Assembly (NCBI GenBank): GCA_051382295.1 | Contig: JBBCAW010000061.1 | Span: 1-15,490 of the forward strand | DNA length: 15,490 bases | Direction: 5' to 3' | Origin: Bdellovibrionota bacterium FG-1 | GTDB lineage: Bacteria; Bdellovibrionota; UBA1018 | Shown: one piece after another, positions 1 through 7,065 of the stretch | Layout of the letters: each line of letters starts with the position of its first letter | How positions within the stretch are numbered: position 1 is the stretch's first letter | Translations under genes and position numbers: made by a program | The notes under the pieces: model-generated | Databases searched by the model: none | Seen by the model: only the letters and a program-made list of their open reading frames with translations | What the model was told of the DNA's origin: nothing

Positions 1-342
1 GTGGGAAGAGCTTTTTTGAGATATTTTTTGTAATCGATGTACTCAAAAATATCGGTATTTTTTATCATAATATCAATCATATAGGAGACAACTTAACTAA
101 ACGATCAATAAGTGGCGTTATTTTTGATTAAAAATACGTACTCATGAATGATCCGTCGCGTTATATCTCGCTTTGTAAACAAAGCCTGAACGTGAAACTA
201 AGTCTTGTAAGTCGACATACCGGATAGAATATGGTACCAGCCGCGATTATGAACTCTCCCGGGGGGGCGCATTTAAGGGCGAATTTGAGCTTTAGCGTAT
301 AATAAATTATCAGCCCTAATGGCCAAATTGTTTTTTCAGTAT

Positions 343-383
343 GCCCGGGGCCGCCATTTTGCTTGGTGCCCTGGGCTTTTTTT
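343..383 (+). terminator. Intrinsic terminator-like hairpin
   Basis: GCCCGGGGC (343-351) pairs with GCCCTGGGC (368-376), extended by GCCA/TGGT, followed by T7 (377-383). Confidence 0.55.
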
Positions 384-571
384 GTGCGTTCAGCATGGGC
401 GATGACTAAGCTCACTCCCTTATCCCATTGGTGCTGGCACGCCTTATTGACCGGACGCCTTCTTCATGCATGGCGAGCTGCTCCGACCAGTTTAAATCAG
501 ACAAAAGTAACGGCCGCAAAATTAAGATTTATCAGAATTATATCATCTACTTATCGCCACCTACTTAATAG

Positions 572-600
572 TTGACCAGTGAGGAGAAATTTGCTACTCT
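572..600 (+). promoter_or_regulatory. Sigma70-type promoter of MNT-HEPN operon (predicted leaderless)
   Basis: TTGACC (572-577), 17 nt spacer, extended TGc-TACTCT (-10 at 595-600); GTG start follows 6 nt later with no SD in between. Confidence 0.6.
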
Positions 601-606
601 AATCCT

Positions 607-1257
607 GTGCTTGAAGACAATCAAGTCATCAGAAAACTAGAAGTCCTTCTCGGAAGCAAAGTCACCGCGCTGTCGCTGATGTACTTGCGGCAGTTCAATG
701 AGGCAAATCCTCAGCAGATTGCAAATCACTTCTCTATCTCTCAATCAATGGCACAGAAGGCTCTGATGCGACAAAAGCAGGCAGGGGTCGTGAGGTTCCG
801 CTCCCATGAGCGTTCACGCAAGTTTTTCTTAAATAAAGATTCAGTGTTTTTCAAAGGACTCACGAGTCTACTTGATTCCGCCCTTTCCGAACTCACGTCA
901 GACGCAAAGAGATACTTCACCAGAAGTCATTATGGAAAAGACGAGACGCTCAAAAAGATGATCGCCGTCATTGAGTCTGAGTTTCATCCAAAGAGAATCA
1001 TTCTGTTTGGTTCTAGGGCCGCAGGGACAGAGCGTAAAGATTCTGATTACGACATCTGCTGTGTGTTTGAAAAACCGGCACTCACGGGAAGCCTCACAGC
1101 CACCGCCGGTAAAGTTGCAGGCAGATTAATTAGGCGTGGCTTCTTTGAAGCCGTTGACGTTGTTGCCACCACCGAAGATGAGCTTGCGACGGATAGACAG
1201 GTATTCAACGAGATAAGAAGTAAAGGAATAACCATTTATGAGTGCAGCCGTAAATGA
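607..1257 (+). CDS. Minimal nucleotidyltransferase (MNT) antitoxin-like protein with N-terminal winged-HTH domain
   Basis: C-terminal half has IILFGSRAAGTERKDSDYDI (GS-x10-DxD), a downstream VDVV strand and a 'KGITIYE' end. N-terminal half has an HTH-like segment (PQQIANHFSISQSMAQKALMRQKQAGVV). Overlaps a HEPN gene. Confidence 0.85.
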   Translation: MLEDNQVIRKLEVLLGSKVTALSLMYLRQFNEANPQQIANHFSISQSMAQKALMRQKQAGVVRFRSHERSRKFFLNKDSVFFKGLTSLLDSALSELTSDAKRYFTRSHYGKDETLKKMIAVIESEFHPKRIILFGSRAAGTERKDSDYDICCVFEKPALTGSLTATAGKVAGRLIRRGFFEAVDVVATTEDELATDRQVFNEIRSKGITIYECSRK

Positions 1258-1648
1258 GATTCTAAGAAAAGCGGAGCAAGACTTAGATTCGGCTGTAGAG
1301 ATTGTTGCTAGCGCAAACGAAGAGAAATATTATCAAGCTGGATTCTTTATCCAGCAATGCGTGGAGAAAAGTCTCAAGGCAATTATCATTGCCAGCGGAG
1401 GCAACCCACAAAAAATGCATGCCTTTGGTCCGCTGTTAGGTACGTTAGGATCGTTGAACATCGATGTTCCGTCTTTTGTCTTTGATGCGACCGAAGAAGC
1501 GATGTTCGATATGGGCGAAAGATACGACGTGCCGTTTTCCGGAACCCACGACGAATTAGAAAAAGGTGCTGCGTCGGCAAGGATGACACTGGATTGGGCC
1601 AATGAAATAATTGCGTCTATTAAAAAAAACAGCGTAGACTCCGGGTGA
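1238..1648 (+). CDS. HEPN domain protein (COG2250-type), MNT partner
   Basis: KAEQDL...AGFFIQQCVEKSLKA...KMH...L...RY pattern; helical 136 aa; overlaps the MNT gene by 20 nt. Confidence 0.85.
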   Translation: MSAAVNEILRKAEQDLDSAVEIVASANEEKYYQAGFFIQQCVEKSLKAIIIASGGNPQKMHAFGPLLGTLGSLNIDVPSFVFDATEEAMFDMGERYDVPFSGTHDELEKGAASARMTLDWANEIIASIKKNSVDSG

Positions 1649-1890
1649 TTTTGTTAATTTAGATTTCCCGGTCGGTGTCCAGTCAACATTTCGACAAAAT
1701 CGGTCCCGAACCGGTATGCATCGCGTACCGTGAATCCCAGACTTAAATTAAAATCCGAGTCGCCGGATGTCTCGACGGTGCTAAAAATTCCACCACCCCT
1801 AAAACCCAAACATCAGCCGCCCCTTGCAAGCCGCCGCACTCTCCGTCTTGGCCCGCTCTTCTTCAAAATAAATTCTGACTTCAGAGTCCT

Positions 1891-2319
1891 TCAATTTTTC
1901 GCGGATACACAGGGCTTCACCCGCGGAGTCGGATGATTCTTAGGAACAATGATGTCCAGGGAGTCAGCACAGTGGAGATAGTCATGGTCGGCCGAGATGA
2001 TCCCAGAAAAGGTGTGGTGAGATGAGGCAAGATTGACGATCATCGCATCTGAGGAGTCCAGTCCGTACATTGCCATAAGCGAGGCCATGGTTTCCCATTT
2101 GACCGGTGCTTGGAAATCCTCTTTTGTAACGTATTTAAATCCGGCCAAAGCCTTGTCACATTCGGCTTGAAGGATCTCGCCCTTTTCACCGAAGACCACT
2201 TTAAAAAGGTCCACGTAGCCGGACTCGATTAGTGTTTTTAAACGCTTCGGTCCTGAATAATCCCATTCGTCATCCGTTTTCTTCCACAGTTTCTTAGTCT
2301 TACAGATTGCGTAACTCAT
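1891..2319 (-). pseudogene. Probably N-terminally truncated PIN-domain (VapC-like) protein
   Basis: C-terminal PIN motifs YGLDSSDAMIVN and IISADHDY are present; the N-terminal hhhDTN strand is absent. Confidence 0.55.
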
Positions 2320-2476
2320 AATTACAAGTAATCACAAACAATTTTCGTCAACCCCCCATCGCATTATCCGTTAGCCGGCCGCGAGTTTTGCACTGACCAG
2401 GCGGTTTAGGCTGATTGTATCGCGTTATAATGAATTTAAATTAAAATACGTAATAATATCCTTTGCATACTTCATA

Positions 2477-2515
2477 TGTGGGAATATCCCACAACCCCCT
2501 TGTGGGATTGTGGGT
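2477..2515 (+). promoter_or_regulatory. Array of four TGTGGG boxes, putative autoregulatory operator
   Basis: TGTGGGA 2477-2483, inverted TCCCACA 2487-2493, TGTGGGA 2501-2507, TGTGGGT 2509-2515, directly upstream of the AbrB-type gene. Confidence 0.65.
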
Positions 2516-2539
2516 TTCATACGATACTGAAGACGAGGT

Positions 2540-2869
2540 ATGAGTATGACAATTGCCAAAATCTATAAGGAAACGCTGGTCAATGTGGATAGCAAGGGAC
2601 GGGTTGTTCTTCCTAGGGCCGCTCGTAGATCCGGCCTCTATGCAGTCGAAGTGACGGCTAATGACGAGATTATCCTTCGGCCGCGCGTTGCTGTGGACCC
2701 TAGGGAGGTCATTGATAAAAGAACCTTGTCCATTCTGGATGAGTCGATGAAAAACTTAACCAATGGTAAGGTGGGCGGGCCAATCGATTTAAGTGGCTTT
2801 GACACACAGGAAGAAGTCGATGAAGAAAAGACCGCGACTCGAAAAAAGACGCTCCGACGACGGCGTTAA
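2540..2869 (+). CDS. AbrB/MazE/SpoVT-family DNA-binding antitoxin
   Basis: VNVDSKGRVVLP...EIILRP swapped-hairpin signature; SD GAGG at 2535-2538; overlaps the downstream toxin-like gene. Confidence 0.75.
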   Translation: MSMTIAKIYKETLVNVDSKGRVVLPRAARRSGLYAVEVTANDEIILRPRVAVDPREVIDKRTLSILDESMKNLTNGKVGGPIDLSGFDTQEEVDEEKTATRKKTLRRRR

Positions 2870-3254
2870 GATCAAAGCCCCTGATTCAGGTCCGCCATTT
2901 ACCATTCGCATGGGGCTTCCCCATATGGACGCGCTTTGGGCTGATCTAACAACCAAACAGTCGGCAGGCAAGCTCACCAAAAATGAAGAAAAGCTCTATA
3001 AGAAGTGGGGTAAGGCTTTGCGAGTCCTCTCCACCAACCCATCTTATCCAGGGCTAAATAGTCACGAAATCGGCAGCCTAACTCAGAAATATGGAAAAAA
3101 GGTCTTCGAGTCCTATTTGGAGAATCGAACTCCTGGTGCTGCGAGGATGTTTTGGACTTATGGCCCTGGACGAGCGGAAATCACCATTCTGGCTTTGGAC
3201 CCTCATCCCGAATCTGCCAGCTACGGCAGGGTAAAGTTGGACGTGGAGCCATGA
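2820..3254 (+). CDS. Putative RelE/ParE-superfamily toxin
   Basis: KALRVLSTNPSYPGLNSHEI...VFESYLENRTPGAARMFWTY...ITILALDPHP fits the RelE-fold layout. Start placed at ATG 2820 (purine-rich upstream); the exact start is uncertain. Confidence 0.65.
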   Translation: MKKRPRLEKRRSDDGVKIKAPDSGPPFTIRMGLPHMDALWADLTTKQSAGKLTKNEEKLYKKWGKALRVLSTNPSYPGLNSHEIGSLTQKYGKKVFESYLENRTPGAARMFWTYGPGRAEITILALDPHPESASYGRVKLDVEP

Positions 3255-3736
3255 TTTTTGCAAAATCATTTCCGATGCGCTGGCGATACAAAACATGCGG
3301 GGGTTACAGAACTGGGCGTATTGCCTCACAAATCGCTCCACTCTATTTAGAACTTCGAGCGCTCAAGGCTCAATGTAATAGCGGAAAATCGCAATCCTGC
3401 TTGGACCTTGCCTTCATACTTTACCAAGGCGGAAGGAGGGCTGAGGCATTGGAGTTTGCTCAATCGGCGTGCGTAAAGGGTAGGCAGGAAGCGTGCAGCT
3501 TTTCAACACAACTTATGATGGAGAAAGTCGCAGATCAAAACCAGCAGGCCACATAAAGTGCTGCGCTGCTCAACTATCAGGGTCAATTGCGTCAGATTCA
3601 GGCGCAGCAACCAGCCCCAAATTTTGATTTCTTGAGAACACCGGCTCAAGCACCGAGGCCTCAATCCACTCGCTGTACCACACGTAGTGTACCTCATGGC
3701 TTCGGTGGACCTGAACTTGTCACGGATTGCGAATAG
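3251..3736 (+). pseudogene. Remnant of a Sel1/Hcp-like Cys-repeat protein with an internal TAA
   Basis: CNSGKSQSCLDLA...AQSACVKGRQEAC repeats; the frame stays open for 59 codons after TAA 3554-3556, to TAG 3734-3736. No signal peptide; 5' boundary uncertain. Confidence 0.5.
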
Positions 3737-3864
3737 ATTGAAGCATTGAGCGTATGAGTTCCGTCATGTATCTCGAATAATTCCAGAACTTTCACTTCAC
3801 CCGAAAGTACTTCAATATGGTCTGAGTTGCAGACCTACATGAAGCGAGAAGATCGGAGAACAAC

Positions 3865-3914
3865 TGGGGCCGATGGGCGGACTCGAACCGCTGACTTTTG
3901 GCCTGCGAAGCCAA
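3865..3914 (-). pseudogene. Degenerate tRNA 3' fragment (Thr-like acceptor strand), candidate att scar
   Basis: Minus strand reads TTGGC-TTCGCAG-GCCAA (anticodon arm), AAGTC, AGCGG-TTCGAGT-CCGCC (T arm), CATCGGC-C-CCA. No D arm or 5' acceptor strand upstream. Confidence 0.7.
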
Positions 3915-4046
3915 GCCCTGGAAGGTCGTCAAAGTCGAAGAAACCTTCGTCCAAGGATTCGTCCGCAGCCTGACCTACAGCATGTACAGCCCTTGGAATG
4001 TCAAGCTGAGCTGCCGCTGATCCGAAAAACCTTTTTTCTAGGGGTT

Positions 4047-5753
4047 TTAGGCCGCGACCACGTCGGAGGCTTCGCGCGGAGCCTCATTCCGAACCGCGAG
4101 GTCCAGTACTGAGATCCTATACTGGACTTCGTGTTTGCCCAAGACAGAGTAATCCCTCAGCTTCCACTGATACTGGTTTGCCCATTTTGAACTCGAGTCG
4201 GCCGAGCGGGCTGTCGCTTCGGGCATGACCACGAGGCAATCTTCAGCCGAGCTTCCTAGCTTACGCTCAATTTCCATCAGGCGCGCTGATTCAACGAGGG
4301 GCATCGTGTTTCCGGCCTCGGTCCACGAAGCGTGTCGAGTGTCGCCCATATTCTGCCAAACAGGGCGAATGGAGCCGAGCGCTAGTCCCGCCCTGAAGCC
4401 TAAGTGAATGTCCTGACCGCCTAAATCCTGGGCGCTTTGAATTTTTTCGCGAAGGAAGGGTAACGTTGAGGAGATTTCCTGAACCGCGCGGCTCGCATGG
4501 AGAACCGGAAAGGCGCGGTTGGCTGAGTCGAAAAACGCGAGTAAACCATCCCCCTCGGTTCGCAAGATCACACCGCCTTGCGAGGTGACGGCAGTCCACA
4601 TGTGTGAAAGGCATTCGCCGACCAAAAGGCCGGCTTCGAAGTGCTCGGCACCTAGGCGCGAAAGAAATTCTGAGTTTCGTAGATCGATCGATAGGATGGC
4701 GCCATGTAAGCTCTCAGGCAAGATGGGACGACGGTGATAGGGAGAGACGGGGGTCTTTTCAATGAGGTACTTTTGCGCTCGATACTCTTGAAGTGCCAAA
4801 ACGCTCAAAAGTAGAACCACCGCGAGGTGCCCCACTCGAAATCGCAGGGCCTCACCAATCGCTGAAAACGCGACAAGACCATCCATGAGTTGAAACAAAG
4901 CCAGAAAGAGCAGACCACCCCCGAACAGAAACAGGTGCCTGATTCGGGTGGGATGAAAAAATCCCCGTGTTTTGAGCGTCTTCAGATGGACTGCTTGGCC
5001 GAGGCAGCTAGCAGCTCCGATGGCGACCAGCAGGGAAGCAAGCCCGGTATCGAGGTGATGACTGAAAGCGCTCTTTGCGGCGGCCCCTTGCAGAAACGGG
5101 ATCACAAGAAAAGGGATGGCCACCGTGATTGGAATTCCCCATTTAAAGAGGTTGCCCCGGATCCTTGCAAAAGAGAGCCCCAAAAACATCCCAAAGGTGG
5201 CCTCGTAAAAACGCAGGACAATTTGAAGTAGGTAGCGATGGTCCGGGGAACTCCAATCTATGAAGAAATCCATCATTCGGATTTGGTAAATAGCGCCAAT
5301 CAGCGCAAAGATGGCCATGTAAAAGTACTCTGCTTTTTCGGTCGCGAAAATCCATAAACTGAAAAAAAGGATAGCCACCATTAAGTTTGCCACAAAGAGC
5401 GCAAGCGGACGTGTGCTCGACCAAAAATTCGTAAAGCGTGCCAACGCCCACGCCTGCTCGCGAGTCTCGAAACCCGATCCAAAAAGAGGGTTGAAATAAT
5501 CAGCGATGACCTGTCCACCGTCATCTCGAACCCAAATTCCAATTTTCAGGGGTCGCGGTTCAGACAGTCGCTGCATCGGAAGCGCGATCGTGATTGGATC
5601 ACTCGAACTCCAATGGCCTTCGGCATAAAGTCCTTGGTCGATCCAAATTCGGTAGGAGCCGCCCATCCAACCCATACCTGATGGAGGCATGGGGGCAGAA
5701 AAAGCGTGAGAAGTGCAATGAAAGCCAAGCCAAAGAGCGCTGATTTCGCCCAA
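4047..5753 (-). CDS. Multi-TM (7TM-DISM-like) membrane protein with C-terminal class III nucleotide cyclase-like domain; 5' end probably frameshifted
   Basis: About 7 hydrophobic segments, then ILSIDLRNS, ILRTEGDGLLAFF, FRAGLALG and ESARLM cyclase-fold motifs. Confidence 0.75.
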   Translation of the reverse strand: MGEISALWLGFHCTSHAFSAPMPPSGMGWMGGSYRIWIDQGLYAEGHWSSSDPITIALPMQRLSEPRPLKIGIWVRDDGGQVIADYFNPLFGSGFETREQAWALARFTNFWSSTRPLALFVANLMVAILFFSLWIFATEKAEYFYMAIFALIGAIYQIRMMDFFIDWSSPDHRYLLQIVLRFYEATFGMFLGLSFARIRGNLFKWGIPITVAIPFLVIPFLQGAAAKSAFSHHLDTGLASLLVAIGAASCLGQAVHLKTLKTRGFFHPTRIRHLFLFGGGLLFLALFQLMDGLVAFSAIGEALRFRVGHLAVVLLLSVLALQEYRAQKYLIEKTPVSPYHRRPILPESLHGAILSIDLRNSEFLSRLGAEHFEAGLLVGECLSHMWTAVTSQGGVILRTEGDGLLAFFDSANRAFPVLHASRAVQEISSTLPFLREKIQSAQDLGGQDIHLGFRAGLALGSIRPVWQNMGDTRHASWTEAGNTMPLVESARLMEIERKLGSSAEDCLVVMPEATARSADSSSKWANQYQWKLRDYSVLGKHEVQYRISVLDLAVRNEAPREASDVVAA

Positions 5754-5856
5754 AGCGCCTTACGTTCCGCAGAATAGGAGAGTTTCCCCATGACAATTCA
5801 ACTGATCGGAGTAGGGCGTCGCCATCTTGATGTTATTCGGACGAATTTGGCATGGG

Positions 5857-5895
5857 TTGACAAAAGACAAAGATACACGTATAGTATACGTGTAT
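5857..5895 (+). promoter_or_regulatory. Sigma70 promoter with overlapping 11-bp perfect inverted-repeat operator
   Basis: TTGACA 5857-5862, 17 nt spacer, TATAGT 5880-5885; ATACACGTATA-G-TATACGTGTAT (5873-5895) covers the -10 and the ATG. Confidence 0.85.
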
Positions 5896-6115
5896 GCATA
5901 AGAAGCTCACTATTACGATTGACGAAGAGGTTTACAAAGGGCTCCACAAGGAGTTAGGCCCTCGTCGTATTAGCCAGTTTATCGAAGGTCTCGTGCGTCC
6001 CCATGTCGTAAAGAGAGACCTCGCGGCCGCCTACGCTGAAATGGCAAAGGAGGAGGCTCGCGAGGACGAAGCGCTGGAATGGACCGAGGGGACTCTTGGA
6101 GAGTTTGGAGAATGA
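5894..6115 (+). CDS. RHH/CopG-like antitoxin of the MazF module
   Basis: MHKKLTITIDEEVY...ISQFIE ribbon-helix-helix pattern, acidic tail (AYAEMAKEEAREDEALEW), ATGA overlap with the toxin. Confidence 0.85.
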   Translation: MHKKLTITIDEEVYKGLHKELGPRRISQFIEGLVRPHVVKRDLAAAYAEMAKEEAREDEALEWTEGTLGEFGE

Positions 6116-6432
6116 AGCGCGGGGATGTGTTTTGGATCGATTTCAATCCTTCGCGTGGTGGCGAAATTCAGAAGGTCCGACCAGCCATCATCGTGAGTAA
6201 TGATATTTCTAACGAGGTGTTGCATCGGGTTCAGGTTGTGCCGCTTTCATCCAAGACCGAAAAAATCTACCCCTGCGAAGCCCTGGTTACGGTGAATAGG
6301 AAACAGTCCAAAGCGATGGCGGATCAGATTATGACTGTCGCAAAGGTGCGGCTGAAAAACCGGCTTGGCAAAATATCCAAGGATCAAATGTCTTCCGTGG
6401 ATCGCGCTATTTGTATTCAGCTTGATCTTTAG
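6112..6432 (+). CDS. mazF: PemK/MazF family endoribonuclease toxin
   Basis: MKRGDVFWIDFNPSRGGEIQKVRPAIIVSND...VVPLSS...DQIMTVAK; the real start is ATG 6112, overlapping the antitoxin stop. Confidence 0.93.
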   Translation: MKRGDVFWIDFNPSRGGEIQKVRPAIIVSNDISNEVLHRVQVVPLSSKTEKIYPCEALVTVNRKQSKAMADQIMTVAKVRLKNRLGKISKDQMSSVDRAICIQLDL

Positions 6433-6481
6433 TATGTAGTAGGTTCATTGACCTGCTCTGTGCAGGAGGCAAGGCTCCTTG

Positions 6482-7060
6482 TCAGGTAGCCAGTTCCGCA
6501 GCGTAAACTCGCACATCGCGAGGCCAGGCCTCGATTTGCTTCAAGAAACGCTCTTTGTCCCCTCGATACAGGGACCTCAGGGCGTCTTCGTAACCCTCGA
6601 GATCACCGGCCATAACGGACATAAATCTATAAGTTCTTTCCTGAGCCTGTTTGACGCAGTTGCCGCTGACCGCCTTTTTTTTTGCCTCTTCGACAAGTTT
6701 ACGTAAACTTGCCGAGGCCCCTCCAGGTTGAGAGGCAAGCCATTCCCAGTGCCGCGGTAATAATGAAACTTCCCGAGAAATAACTCCGAGTTTTGGTCTT
6801 CCAGGACCGATCGAATCCTTGGGTTCGGCTCTGGAGGTGAAGACCTCCAGGCGCTTAAGAACATCTTTTTCGGTGCCTTGAAAATTGAAGTCCATCGTTT
6901 TTCCGGTCAAATCGCTGAAAATGAGGACCGCACTATTTTCGGCTTTGCCCAATCTTTTTTTAATCTTGCTGATGACCTCGTTCAGAGACCCCCGGAAAAT
7001 GAATTTTTCGCCATCGAATGCCGTGTAAGTACTTGGAGTTTCCAAGGTCTTTATCATCAA
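6482..7060 (-). CDS. DUF2239 family protein
   Basis: GPGRPKLGVISREVSLLPRHWEWLASQPGGASASLRKLVE...YRFMSVMAGDL...WPRDV. Start is TTG 7060 or ATG 7057. Confidence 0.88.
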   Translation of the reverse strand: MMIKTLETPSTYTAFDGEKFIFRGSLNEVISKIKKRLGKAENSAVLIFSDLTGKTMDFNFQGTEKDVLKRLEVFTSRAEPKDSIGPGRPKLGVISREVSLLPRHWEWLASQPGGASASLRKLVEEAKKKAVSGNCVKQAQERTYRFMSVMAGDLEGYEDALRSLYRGDKERFLKQIEAWPRDVRVYAAELAT

Positions 7061-7065
7061 AAGTA

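Noticed and set aside
232..260. TGGTACCAGCCGCGATTATGAACTC as another tRNA 3' remnant
   Set aside because: The T stem does not pair and the T-loop-to-CCA distance is wrong.
161..575. ORFs 161-415 (-) and 363-575 (+)
   Set aside because: No SD or recognisable motifs; they overlap a terminator-like hairpin and are probably spurious.
2435..2462. dif/pdif site
   Set aside because: Only a partial XerD-like arm; the XerC arm does not match.
3873..4112. 79-aa ORF starting MGGLEPLT
   Set aside because: Typical antisense translation of a tRNA T arm, not a protein.
4047..5753. Pycsar or CBASS defence system
   Set aside because: The cyclase is fused to a multi-TM sensor and no cyclic-nucleotide effector gene is adjacent.
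6079..6111. MazF N-terminal extension from the ORF track
   Set aside because: Family similarity begins at MKRGD (6112), which has an SD and an ATGA overlap.
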